NCBI RefSeq assembly: GCF_004010195.1
Contig: NC_057719.1
Span: 56,059,297-56,123,296 of the forward strand
Length of the DNA: 64,000 bases
Direction: 5' to 3'
DNA from: Chiloscyllium plagiosum
Lineage: Eukaryota
Shown here: one piece after another, positions 13,341-26,185 of the stretch
How positions within the stretch are numbered: the stretch's first letter is position 1
Layout of the letters: each line of letters begins with the position of its first letter
Translations under genes and position numbers: made by a program
Notes under the pieces: model-generated
Database searches by the model: none
Told to the model about the DNA's origin: nothing
Seen by the model: only the letters and a program-made list of their open reading frames with translations

Positions 13341-15180
13341 TTAAACCTGACTATGGGAGTTTTTGGAGATGCTCTACCCAAGCTTCTCCTCAACATAGTG
13401 TAGATAGTTGATAAAGATTGTTAGATTTCACATACATGTTTGCAGACTCTTTCTGTCAAGAATAGCCAATGATCTTCCTACAAGCTATTCTGCCTTTCAT
13501 CCTCTAAAATACTAACATTGTTTGCATCTCAATTGAGTTTGTAATAATTCTTTTTTTTCTCTAAACAATAAATTGCACTAAGCAATGAAGAAAGCTTTTA
13601 AATACTTGCTGTCTCAAGCTAACATGAACTACTACAAGTATTGGAATTAAGAAAAGCATCACTTGCCTGGCACTATCCACCAAAATCCCACCTGCACCAA
13701 ATTTTTGATTTTATGGCTTTGTTTACATCTTTGATCTGAACATTTATAGGTTAATCCAACAACCAGAACCTGGTTAAATCTACAGAAAAAACAATGTTAC
13801 AGACTTTCCTTACATTGGAAATTACAAACATAGGATCTTCTTCAGTAATACAATTCCTTTCTTTCTAACCAAGAAGCTTCTAAACACGCAGCATATAATT
13901 TGCTGAAAAAATAATGGGTTAGTGTAATATGTATATAATGTGTACAAAAAAGACTCCTACACATGGCTGTGATCTGGTTCTGTGCAGTCTTACTATGTTG
14001 GACTTCAAACAGACGGCTATCATTCAGAATTGAAAGTGCCTATCTTTGTTCAGGAAGATCATATTCCATAAAGCAGAACAAATCCCACTGGCAACGACTT
14101 GAAAAATGTCATTTATCACATTTAAAGTTGTCAGTGGAAACAATTTGCTGCATTCTAGCAATCCTTTGATAGGTAGTTCTGCAAAATGGAAAAGGCTATC
14201 TGTTGATGTGAGACAAAAATTTAATGAGAACCAAATACACTCAAGTTACATACTGCAGCTACCATCTCATTGGTCAATTGCTATTAGGTGCCAGTCCTTT
14301 CTTTTTTAATCACTTAAATCTCATGTGTGCTCCTCATACCAAGTTCTAAAAGCCTACTTCGATCAGGAATTTTCACAAGGCACACTCTCAGTTAGTATTC
14401 ACTTGAGACCTAGTGATTGATTCACACAGAACAGAAATCTTTCAGCCTCCTTGCAAATCTTTCCTTTCAAATCTCTACGGTAACCTTGTCAAGTTGCGGT
14501 ACATGACCAGCCAAGATATGCCCTAACCTAGTTACAATTAGACATAATGCTTCATGCCAATTACTCTCAGACTTAATTTCAAATCAACTAATTTATCTTT
14601 CAGCTCATGCCTGGTTGACACAGAATAAGGGAAGCTGTTAAACAATCTGAAAACCATTTCTATACCTACAGGAACTAAGAGGCTTTCCTTAAAAATTAAG
14701 TCACATGATTGGATTTTGCCAGCAGGATATAAAACAAACCTTGCACACTTGCACTCATAACAGTAACTGCCTAGTTTTCATTTTCATTCTCAGTAGAAAT
14801 TACAGTTGGTCCGTTTCTACATAAGACAACTGATCTGCTTGGTAAGGTTTATTGGCAAAAAAACAAATAGAATACTTTCCCTGAATCTTCCAACTGTACA
14901 TTCCAAGTTGTCTTTTGGGAAAATATTTATAGAATGTTTTATTTACAGCGTAGAAACTGAAGTCAATTGCAAAACATTTTCTAATCAATGGCAGATTAAG
15001 TAGCTCCACCGTATATAGCTAAATTTGCAATATATCTATTCTAAACATCAAATGTTTTATTTTTTTCACATAGCAATTTGCAAGAAAACCTTGTTTCTAC
15101 AAAAAGATTACATTTGTAGATGACCTGATTGCAGTTATTGCAGGAAGTTAAAAATTCAGCATTCACGTAGCTATTTACCA

Positions 15181-15194
15181 CTGCCCCCTACTGG
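15181..15194 (-). promoter_or_regulatory. Candidate CTCF binding site
   Basis: Reverse complement CCAGTAGGGGGCAG matches the CCASYAGRKGGCRS core at 14/14 positions, in non-repetitive sequence. Confidence 0.55.
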
Positions 15195-15664
15195 TTGGCT
15201 AGGGCTTAGAAATTACAGGACCAATTTCACAAGAATATGACAATCTGCTACCCTTAAGCAGTATACTTTCCAGGTCCCTAAATGTTGAAACTTAAACATA
15301 GCACTGCATCTTTTTTGTCCTTGTTAGTGAAAAGGTAGAGACTTGGTGCATGTAATATGACAAAAGTAATATTACTGTGGATTTTTGTGAGGCAGAAGTT
15401 TTGTGTAAGATTTTAAATTTACATAGATGAGACATTGCTTGAATCATTAAACTCTGCTTATAAACATGGAAATACAGACTCCAGTGTTTCCAAAATTAGG
15501 TGCTGAACGTGTCACAATAAAAAGACGAATGCAAAACTGGCCCAGACATTTGTTGGAAGAAACATATATTTGGAAGGATTTGTAAGAATTTTAATACAGG
15601 TTTTTAGGTACTGAAGAGCAACTCAGCTGGCAAAAATGGGTTCATGAGCTGTATTCCAAATCAG

Positions 15665-15790
15665 GAAGGCTCTTGCGGTGCAGTGGTAGTGTCCCTACCT
15701 GCAAAAGAGGAGGCCCAGGGTCAAATCCCACATGCTCCAGAGCTGTACAATAACATTGCTTAATAGGATGACCAACATTGTCTAGTTCCT
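15665..15790 (+). mobile_element. tRNA-derived SINE head fragment
   Basis: ggtgcagtggtagtgtccctacc...gggtcaaatccc A/B-box-like motifs. Confidence 0.55.
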
Positions 15791-16099
15791 GGTTGGCTCT
15801 GCCATTTATTCAAGATGCTTTCATATCCAAAGTGACAGCAGCATTTGAGATGGATGGCTGTTCAGAATCTGGATGCCCAATACTCTTTTGCTCATCCCAG
15901 CTTAATAATTTCTCCAATTCATTAGCCCACTTTCATTCATTAAACGTGTCAGCTGGGATTGGAAGCTCCTGGAAGAATTAGGCAGTAACACTGGGTGAGT
16001 AAAACCTTTACTAGCAGAGACAACTCTGTCAGCTAAGCTGATGTTTTTACTTCCTGCTCCCACACCTTTGCCACATGGACCGGTGGCACACCATCTTAT

Positions 16100-16441
16100 A
16101 CAATCCATACAGTGTGGAAACAGGCCCTTCGGCCCAGCAAGTCCACACCTGACCCTCTGATGAGTAACCCACCCAGACCCATTCCCCTACCCTATTATTC
16201 TACATTTACTCCTGACTAATGCACCTGACCTACACAGCCTGAACAGGTTGGGTAATTTAGCATTGCCAATTCACCTAAACTGCACATCTTTACCTGTGGG
16301 AGAAAAACCACAGCATCTGGAAGAAACCCACGCAAACATGGGGAGAATGTGCAAACTCCACACAGTTACCCAAGGCTGGGATTGAACCTAGTTTCCTGGT
16401 GCTGCGAGGTAGCAGTGCTAACCACTGAGCCAAAGTGCCAC
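16100..16441 (-). mobile_element. HE1-type V-SINE
   Basis: Antisense tRNA head (tggcactttggctcagtggttagcactgc), V-domain, and LINE-shared tail gggccgaagggcctgtttccacactgt. Confidence 0.88.
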
Positions 16442-16489
16442 ATTAAATCTTCTCAAGGATAATTAGTGAAGTGCAAGAATATTGGTCTG

Positions 16490-16685
16490 GAATAATGCAG
16501 AAAAGGCCAGGAAAACTCAACACCTCTTGCAGCATCAGCAGAGAGAGAGAAACAGAGTCCAATATGACTCTTCTTTGAAGCTCTGTTTTTCTTTCTCCAC
16601 AGATACTGCCAGACCCATCGAGTTTCTTTCTGTTTTTATTTTTATTTCGGATCTCCAGTACAATATCTGCAGTATCTTACTTTTA
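16490..16685. mobile_element. Degenerate PLE-terminus fold-back copy
   Basis: gcagcatcagcagagagagagaaacagag ... ctctgtttttctttctccacagatactgccagacc inverted arms plus tail. Confidence 0.5.
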
Positions 16686-16951
16686 AATATTAACTTGCCC
16701 TGCGGTGCTCACATCTTGTAAAAAAAAATTAGAGCTCCTTAGAGATCTATCCTCAGCCTCTTCCCTAGAAGGAAATATCAGCAAAGTATTAATAGTATTC
16801 AGAAATGAATGTATGGGTTAAATTAATGTTCTATCTTGAGATGCACAGGACTGAGCAGTAAGTGTCATTCTCAGATTTTATGGACTTTTCCTCTCGGTCT
16901 CCTTTTTATCTTTATTCTCCCCTTGAGGACATCAAGACACTCCACAGTCGA

Positions 16952-17882
16952 TTGTTATGACTCACTGGGGTAGTGCACTGAAAAAAAGCCCTGTTTTCCC
17001 AGAGTAGCCATAAAAGTTACAAATTTTTAAAAATCCAGAGAATTCCCTAATTTATCTGTCTTTAAGATCCAGTTGACAGAAGATATAGACTGAGTTTCCA
17101 GGTTTAACAAGACTTACTATTTATTACAAATAAATACATTCTAACTACAGTGAAATAATTATGAACCATCAACATGTGAAAGCTCTATCCCACTTACAAA
17201 TCTGCCCCTCTACATACACATAAATAGAGGTACCAAAAACAAGTGTAATTGGGTAGAGGGGAAGACTGAGAAGGCAATTCAGTGGTTCCTGTCCAGGGGA
17301 TTTGCTGAAAAGATTATTGTGCTGAACAATATGGTGCCTCTTGATTTTTCTTATCCAGATACTTCCACTTGTTGCAGGAGGCACAGGGTGACTGGTTCAC
17401 ACTTATAAAGACCTCTGACTTCTTCAACAAAAGTCACAGCTCACATCAACTGATGAAGGGAAATAAATTGGCTACCTTCAGGTCTGAGGTGCCTTTTACT
17501 GCAAAACAGAAACAGCTCCTTCCTGTCCGGAAGTCCAATGTCTTCTGCCCCCAAAATTCACATCTCCAAGATGCTTAGCTATCTCAGACCCAATCACATA
17601 AATGTTGGCAGCCAGATGGCCTTTGTCATCAATAACTGGTCACTAGTCTACAGACCAATCAGCTACTTGTTGCTGGCCAAATGTCCATTCATTCACAGCC
17701 GAACTTGTGTGTAACTGCTTGAACCAACATCTCTGTGTAATCAGCACTTACAATAAGTGTTAGGTTGCATACTTTTCAAAAGTGCAGCTATCTTTCAACA
17801 ATTTTTAGCCTTTAAACAAGTCTGTTTCCCCAGTTCAATCCACAATCAAACATACATAAACAGGTACAGTCTTTACGCTACA
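16952..17882 (-). mobile_element. Possible solo LTR
   Basis: Begins tgttatga, ends ...ctaca, antisense AATAAA ~170 bp from the end; no convincing TSD. Confidence 0.25.
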
Positions 17883-19279
17883 TATACACACTGACTACAC
17901 ACCTTTACATCATCACCTTTCCCTGAACATAATCATTGCTCCTGCTTTATCATGCTGCAATATCCAGCATGAAACTTAAGTTGTGGACAGAAAACCAGAA
18001 AGTACAGTTTATCCAAATTGTCCTCCTGTTTTTCCACCCAATAACCAAATGAGCAGGTCTGATAGATCTTAGGGGAAATGTCAACATTACAAGGATACAG
18101 CGGAGTACCCAGAAGGATAAAGCAGTGAAAACCCTGCAATAATTGGAAATGACAGTACTGGTTATACTAGTCTTTGATAATGTCATTCGTACGTTTTACT
18201 GGCTTTTCCTTCTGGGGTTGGTAGGGAATCAGGGAATGTGGGGTGTGCCAAGAGATGACTTGAGGAAGTGATTCAATCAAAAGAAAGGAGCAGCCAAATC
18301 TTAGGGTAGGGGAGGGTGTCACAGTCTGGCTTGTTAGTCCTGGGAAATACTCCTGCTTCTCTTAAAATGTGAGAAAATAAGAAGAAATGAGAAAGATTGA
18401 ATTCTTCAATGGATTCAGTTCTCTTTGATTTTTCTTTGATTTTTCAGGATTCCCGTGTCTCAAGAAACCCAGGCAGAATGATTAAAATTTAAAATACTGT
18501 TAAACTGAAGGCATGCAGCATCCTGAAAAGATTTCAATAACTGCCCCACCTACTGAAAACGGATTGATTACATGCCCCTCCCCCTAGCTCCAATAAAACC
18601 ATATGAAAACAAATTTGCAGGGGATTGGGTCCCTGCTTCAAATTTTCTTCTTCTAAACCCCATTTGAACCAAATCCATCCACATTTGAAGGTTAAATGAC
18701 CTCGGAGATATTTGTTTAGTGGTTGCAATCGGTATTCTGATTTCCTCCAACTGATTACTGAGAGTCTTCTTTCACTTAAACTTCAACCCAGTCTTACTCT
18801 CCATCTAGAACACAATTGGATTCTGTTTGATTTGATTCTGTATCTGCTGCATATTTCCCACATTTTCTATTTTTCTTTCAGATTTACAGCATCTGTAGAA
18901 TTCTGCTGTTTGTCCAGTGTAATAATGTTGGATCTCCTCCTAATTTGTTCACCTGCTATTTCCCACTAGCCTAAAGTGATTCTGATTTATTCTGATTGGC
19001 TGAGCTAAGCGCGATAGGTTCCTTCGCAATACAATGTTGCTGGACCTCTCACTGTGCTGAAGTCTGGTGTTTTCTATGCCATTTCTATTTTAACACAATG
19101 CCATTGAGCTTATTCAGAGTGTTGTAACAGTGAAGGCATTGAATTTGCTTAATGCTGCAACCAATGGCCCGACTTACTAGTGTCATAGTGGCTTAACTCT
19201 CACACAGCTTACTTCCTGAATTGACATCCTTAAAAGCATGGTCCTCATATGTAGCCTATCTTTCTTGGACATCTGCTGC

Positions 19280-19555
19280 ACTTCATATGTCAGTTTCTTC
19301 TTCATATCAAATATCAGTTTCTCCTGGAAATTGTGTACCTTTTTCTCCGAGCTGTTACGGACCAGTTTCTTTGAATAACACATTGTTTTTTCTGAATATT
19401 GTGTATCAGTTTCTCCCAGATATTTTGTATCATTTTCTCCTGGGCATTGTATCTCTGTTACTACTAGATATTGTAACCAGTTTCTCCTAGGCATTGTGTT
19501 ACAGTTTTCTTCGGGAATACCCTAATTTCTCTTGGGCATTGCCAGTTTCCCTCTA
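19280..19555. repeat. Degenerate ~24-bp minisatellite (~cagtttctcctgggcattgtgtat)
   Basis: Recurrent cagtttctcc(t/c) / tattgt units about 24 nt apart. Confidence 0.7.
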
Positions 19556-20749
19556 AACAATATTAACAGCATCAACTGAAGAAGAGAATTTGAAACAAAT
19601 TTCCCAGGTGTAACCTAGAAGATGATTATCCAAAAAGATAAAGTTGTAAAGAAGAACAGTCATACTGCTCTCCAAACATTAACTTTGTTTCTCTCTTCAC
19701 TAATGTTGCCAGACCTGCTAACTTCCACCAGCATTCTCTGTTTTTGTATTGTCCCAAAATGTTCAGTGAATGAATATTATTATTTCATCTCAGAGGTGAG
19801 GGGGTCAACAGAGAGTCTTCCCTCGAGTCACAGTGAAAATGAGGTCATCCCAGTTTCTAAACCTTACCTTCCCACGTCACTGGTCTGCTATCTGGAGGAT
19901 GAGAGAAGCAGGACCACTCCATCCACAAGGCTCTGGGAAAAGTGAGCCTAGTGAATCATCTATCACCTGATGAATCTCTTCCAGAAGGACATTGTGGAAG
20001 TCTTGGGCCCCAAAGCACAAGGTATTATTTCAGTTAAGTATCCCTGTTAATTAGTGGAGAAATTTCTTTTTAATTATCTGCCTCTGGAAATCTACTATCG
20101 CTAAAATTGCTGCCACTTATAAATTCTGCTGCAACATGACTGTGCACCTCTTTCCCACCATCCCCTCACTACCATCAACTCCTTACACCCAAGTTACAGA
20201 AGAGCAATTCGCCTGGCTAGCCAATCAATGTAGTAATGTGATAACTCCATTAATTCTGACATTGCCAGGCACACTGATCATTGACAGGATTACTGCAGCA
20301 TAAACAACCCTGCAGGTTATAAATGTTAACCAATAATGGTGTTTCACTTGAAGATATGGCTACTCTCCAGTAATTATATCTAACTATGCATTATGTAGAA
20401 ATACTTAAGTAGCCCTTAAAACTTGAGTTAAATATAACCTTCACTGTAAATATCCAATCCTTTCAGATGTGGAGCTGGGCTGCCATCTGGGGAACAGTGA
20501 ATGGTTGTACAGATAAATGTAAGTTTCTGCCATGATCACCTACCAAATCTCTCAATTCCTTTAAAATACTAAGTGAGTATGAACAAATACAATGATGAAA
20601 GCTGACTTCAGGAAAGAATTTGGATTATTAGGATATTTTCTCCTTTATAAATTGTCAATTGTCATCAACGGTGAAAAACAGAATGAATCATAACTGCTTA
20701 CATAAATCATTTGCATCTTTTGTCTGCTTCAATCCATCTGTTTTATTGA

Positions 20750-21280
20750 TTTATCCTTTGGATTGTGGCCAACTTTTAAAAGGCTGGCATTAATTGTCCA
20801 ACTCTCTACCCTTGAGATGCCAGTAGTGTCATTATAAACAGTACACACTGAAGTCACAGTGCTCTGGTAGTAAAGGCTAGATATGTAGGGTAATGGATGA
20901 AATGCCAATTATAGTCTGTAATGTCATGGATGACGTTGATCTTCTTGAGTACTATCACAGCTGCACCCATCCAGACACATGGAGAGTACTCTATCAGATT
21001 CCTGACTTGTGCTTGTATGTGATGAAAAGTGAGTGTAGCAAGTGAGCCATTAGCCAGAGAATACCCAAACTCTTTACTAACAGCAGCATTTGGATGTCTA
21101 ACTGATTTTCTTTCCATATGGGTTGGCAAGGATTATATACATCTCTCGTTGCCCTTTAGAAGGTAATAATGAGCAGCCTTCTTAAACTGCAGCAGCCTAT
21201 CTGGTGTAGATGTGTGCCCACTGCTGTGGGGATAGGAGTTTCAGGATTTGGACCCAGTCACAATTAAGGATTGGTGATAT
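20750..21280 (-). mobile_element. Old LINE (CR1/L2 group) 3' fragment
   Basis: AQVRNLIEYSPCVWMGAA motif; tail shared with the SINE at 5655. Confidence 0.65.
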
Positions 21281-21355
21281 AGTACTAAATTAATATAGAA
21301 CACAGAAAAGTACAGCACAGAACAGGCCTTTTGGCCCACAATGTTGTGCCGAGGA

Positions 21356-21413
21356 ACGGTGGCACAGTGGTTAGCACTGCTGCCTCACAGCGCCAGAGAC
21401 CCGGGTTCAATTC
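21356..21413 (+). mobile_element. HE1-type SINE 5' head, cut by the assembly gap
   Basis: ggtggcacagtggttagcactgctgcctcacagcgccagagacccgggttcaattc, identical to the head at 38870-38930. Confidence 0.85.
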
Positions 21414-21462
21414 NNNNNNNNNNNNNNNNNNNNNNNNNNNNNNNNNNNNNNNNNNNNNNNNN
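21414..21462. other. Assembly gap (49 N)
   Basis: Run of N. Confidence 0.99.
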
Positions 21463-24400
21463 CTATGCACCCCTCAACTCACTGCTATCCATGTGCATGT
21501 CCAGCAGTCGCTTAAATGTCCCTAATGACTCTGTTTCCACCACCACCGCTGGCAACGCATTCCATGCATTCACAACTCTCTACATAAAGAACCTTCCTCT
21601 GATGTCCCCTCTATACCTTTCTCCTAATATCTTAAAACTATGATCCCTCATGCCAGTCAATCCTGCCCTTGGGGGAAAAGTCACTGGCTATTGACTCTAT
21701 CCACGCCTCTCATTACCTTGTATACCTCGATTAGGTCACCTCTCTTCCTCCTTCTCTCCACAAAGAAAAGTCCAAGCTTAGTCAATCTCTCTTCATAAGA
21801 CAAGCCCTCGAGTCCAGGCAACATCCTGGTAAATCTTCCTTTCACCCTCTCCAAATCCTCTGTATCTTTCCTTTAGTAGTGTGACCAGTACTGGACACAG
21901 TGTTCCAAGTGTGGTCTCATTAGGGATTTGTAGACCTGTAGCAAAACCTCACGGCTCTTAAACTCAATCCCCCTGTTAATGAAATCCAGGTTGAACTTCA
22001 TCTGCCATTTCTCACCGCAGCTCTGCATCCTGTCTATGTCGCGCTGCAGCCTGCAATAACCTTCGATATCAATGGCACCTCCAACCGTCATCTGAAAATT
22101 TACTAACACCTCCCCTCAACCTCCTCATCCCAAGTCATTTATAAAAACTACAAAGAGCAGAGACCCAAGAACAGAGCCCTGCGGGACCCCACTCAACACT
22201 GACCTCCATGCAGAATGCTTTCCATCTACAACCATTCTCTACTTTCTGTCAGCCACCAATTCTGAATCCAGACAGCCAAATCTCCCTGTATCCCATACCT
22301 CCTGACTCTATGAATGAACCTACCATGGGGAACCTTGTCAAATGCCTTGCTGAAGTCCATATACACTATATCTACTGCCCGACCTTCATCAACCTGTCTC
22401 ATCACCTCCTCAAAGAACTCAGTAAGATTTGTGAGGCACGACCTGCCCCTCACAAAGCCATGCTGACTCCCATTAATCATGCTATGCTTTTCCAAATAGT
22501 CATAAATCCTATCCCTCAGAATTTTTTCCAAACCTTTGCTGACTACAAGACGTAAGACTGACTGGTCTATAATTTCCAGGGATTTCCCTATTACCCTTCT
22601 TGAAAAGAGGAACAACATTTGCCTCCTTCCAATCGTCCGGTACAACCCGCGTGGAGAGTGAAGAAGCAAAAATCTTCACCAATGGCTTAGCAACCTCCTT
22701 TTTCGCTTCCCAGAGCAGCCTTGGATAAATCTTGTCTGGCCCTGGGGACTTATCAATCTTAATGTTTGTCAAAATTTCCAGCACATCAACTTCATCAATC
22801 TTGATCTGGTCAAGACTGTATCCCAGCTCCTCAAAGTTCTCATTTACAACAAGATCCCTTTCCTTGGTGAAAACTGAAGCAAAAAACTCACTTAGGGCTT
22901 CCCCTATCTGCTCAGACTCCACACACAAGTTCCGTACGCTATCCCTGATCGGCTCTACCTTCTCCCTGATCATTCTCTTTATTTCTCACGTATGAGCAAA
23001 ATGCCTTTGGGTTCTCCCTAATCCCTCTTGCCAAGCCTTTCTCGTGCCCCCTCCTGGCTCTCCTCAATCCATTTCTGAGCTCCTTTCTAGCAAGCCTGTA
23101 ATCCACTAAAGCTGTGCTAGATCCTTGCTTCCTCCACCTGTTTTCGTCATGCAAGGTTCCTTAATCTTACCACTTCTTACCTGACCCGGAGGAATGAATT
23201 CATGCATCACTCGCAATAACTGCTCCTTAAACAGTATCCACATTCTGATGTGCCCTTTTTGTGGATCAATTGCTCCCAGTTGTACTTCCCAACTCCTGTC
23301 TGATAGCGTCATAATTTCCTTTTCTCCAATTAAATATCTTCCCTTGGTAACTGCTCCTTTCCCTCTCCAAGGCTATGCTAAATGTAAGACAGTTGTGATC
23401 ACTGTCACCAAAGTGTTCTCCCACCACGAGATCTGACACCCGTCCTGGCTCACTGTCGAGGACCAAATCCAAAATGGCCTCTCCCCTCGTCTCCATACTG
23501 AGTAAGGAAACCCTCCTGAACGGCTCCATCCAAACCATCTGCCCTAAAGTAAGGAAACCCTTCTGAACCCACCTGACAAAAATGGCTCCATCCAAACCAT
23601 CTTCATATATTTGTGGCTTGAAAGTAATTTGCAGACAATAGTATTCCTGTACAAGCAACACCCAGACATTGATGGTTGATAATGGTAATGTCAGCGAATA
23701 TCAAGGAGAAGTTTAGCCACTCTTTGGTTGGAAATGTTTATTGCTTGTCTCTTGCATGATATTGGTATCTGCATTTAAACGTTTACCTTATTGTTTTACG
23801 CTTTAGTTTTAAATGTGTTCTTCAATACTTCAATAAGCAAATTGCTTTTGAGATTCATGGCTCTGCAAGTAAGAAGCTTCTGCAAAGTCTTCTTTTCTGA
23901 TCTCCAGCACTAAGATTGACAGAGGATATTTCTTTATGTGCAGCCTAAGGGAAAGATATATTTTCTCAAGTTGTGATCTGCACAATATACTAATCCACAC
24001 TAGCAAATTAGCCATGAATACGTATAGACCAGAGGTGTATGCTGATTTTTAAGCCCTTTTATTGCATATTTATGGAAGGGTAAAACACAAGCATATATAA
24101 CAGCTTGAGACATAACTTACAGGAGATGGATTTTTGTTGAGATGACTATTCTGTCCCTCTATATTTCAGATCACATTCCAACTTGCTTCGAGTGTTTCAC
24201 TACCAATACTAGCATTCACAGCATTATCCAAATATTGGTGCACTGTAACCCAACACTATTGTTAAAAACTATGTTTTGTTTTAAATAAAATTCACTTAAA
24301 ATAAACTATGATTCTGCCCATTTAACATTTTGCACGTTCTTCCTTTCCATTATGATCTTTTTGAAAATTCTTTCTTTTTGTTTGAAATTACATTAAATAA

Positions 24401-25954
24401 ATAGTGATTCATTTTTATGCCATTTCATTAAAAGTGGATCTGTTAAATGTGAGCCTGAGTTTATGATGAAATAATTAATGCTGTTTAAGAATGTCTGTCT
24501 ACAATTTAGAACATAAATATGTACTTCGGCAATTATCCATTTGCTTTGCTTAAGGAAACTTTTTTTGTGATTAGAATGCATATTCTGGAGCTCTCTCTCT
24601 TCCATTAAGCATACATTGGAGGGGGGGGGGGGAGGGGAGATGGTGGCATTGTAGTGGTGTTTCATGAGCAATTAGGGACAGGCAACAACTGCTGGCATTG
24701 TCAGCAATGTCCACATTTCATGAAAGAATATAAAAGGAGTAATTTGTGTAAAAGCTGTGAGCTTTGCACATTTGAAATGTTTTAAAGCACAAGAAGCAAT
24801 TTAAAATGCACTGTGACATTTCCAGTAGCAGAGGGTGTGACCTTTCTAATTACATACTTGATTAAATATAACCTTATTATTTAGTAAGACCTTTTTCTGA
24901 CGCATTCCACAAATTTCTCTTCATTTTAAACACAAAATATTTGACATAATAATTTGATTGCTTTTCATTTCTCTCAACATATTTCAGAGGTATATGCAGC
25001 ATAGATCACGTGCAGGGTAAGTTACACAAAGCCAGTGTGGACAGAATTCATACTTTTTGTAGCACTGTCCTTACAGCAGTGTTAAATGTGCTTTTCCATT
25101 ATCATGATCTGAATGTAAAGGATAAAGTACGATTATTGTAAAAATTATAGCCAACTCTATTTTAACATGCTTGTACTAGATTGAAAACAAAGTTAACTTC
25201 CAAATAACAACTTTCAATAATTTCATGTGGGTTGTTTTTAACAAAGTCATAACTTCCTTAATAAATGTTTTTATGAAGCAAACAGTGGAAAATACAAGGG
25301 AAAATGCCTTTAGGGAACCAACAAAGATGTTCCCACAAAATTTCAAATGTGAGTTGCAACAGGTTTGCAGACATGAGTACAGAATGTAAAGTAGGAGCAA
25401 TAAACTAGGAAGGAGAATGCAGCCTGTAAAAAGCCAACAACAGCAGGCCAGATGAGCAACAATCCTGTAGGAAAATCATTTAGTCATGGAGAGATATTGG
25501 GTGGCTCATCTGTGTATTTCTCTCTACCACAAGTTGGTCTGCCAGAGAACTGATTAAAAATACAGGGGACATGGTGAGGAAGAAAAAAAAGAGCTATTAA
25601 TTCCCGTGAGACAAACCTCTAAACCTCCACAGATGAGACTGTACGTGGAGAAATTGCACTCAATATCGTACACTCACATTCATGTCTCCTGAATAGCAAT
25701 TACTTACAAACAAATCTTTAAAATTTATCCTTCACTTTAACAAGGTGATACCCCCAGAATACCAGTTATTTGATATCATCCGAAGACAATTCCCCTGGCC
25801 TTTATCTAATTTATTCAGTCTAGTGCATGGCATATTTGGATACAATGTCCAAAATAAGCCTGGTTCTAATAGAGAATCTCAAACAATAAAAAGTTCACAT
25901 TAAGTTACAAGCAAGCAATGAAGTTCATAGGTAGTCACTTCACAACTGCTTTCT

Positions 25955-26185
25955 TTTCAGTGGTTGGCTTACCTCCTACAGTCCAAAGATGTGTAAGTTG
26001 GGTGGATTGGCCATGCTTAATTGCCCATAGTGTCCAGGTGGAGGTTGGGTGGCTTGGCCATGGGGAATGCAGGGTTAAAGAGATATGGTAGGGGGGTTGG
26101 GTCTGAGTAGAATGCTGCTTGGAAGGTTGACGTGGATTCAACAGGCTGAATGGCCTGCTTCCATATTGTAAGGATTCCACGATTG
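25955..26185 (+). mobile_element. HE1-type SINE, 3' half
   Basis: cagtccaaagatgtg...gattggccatgct..aattgccc...gaatggcctgcttcca. Confidence 0.75.

Larger units (their letters stand above)
21295..23600 (-). mobile_element. CR1 (HER1-like) LINE ORF2 fragment: endonuclease end, RT and 3' end, with internal deletions
   Basis: EAILDLVL, GDSDHN, KSPGPDKIYPR, GNYRPVSLTS, SQHGFVRGRSCLTN, VYMDFSKAFDKVPH, RPHLEHCVQYW. Confidence 0.93.

Noticed and set aside
19790..20025. Exon-like GC-richer segment
   Set aside because: Splice-like sites occur on both strands, but the frames I translated contain stops and no peptide is recognisable.
21356..21413. tRNA gene
   Set aside because: The A/B boxes belong to an HE1 SINE head identical to the one at 38870-38930.
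23500..23600. Short direct repeats as a regulatory array
   Set aside because: It is a local duplication or rearrangement at the 5' truncation end of the CR1.
24618..24640. G-run as a functional G-quadruplex
   Set aside because: It is a simple homopolymer at the head of a decayed SINE with no other support.
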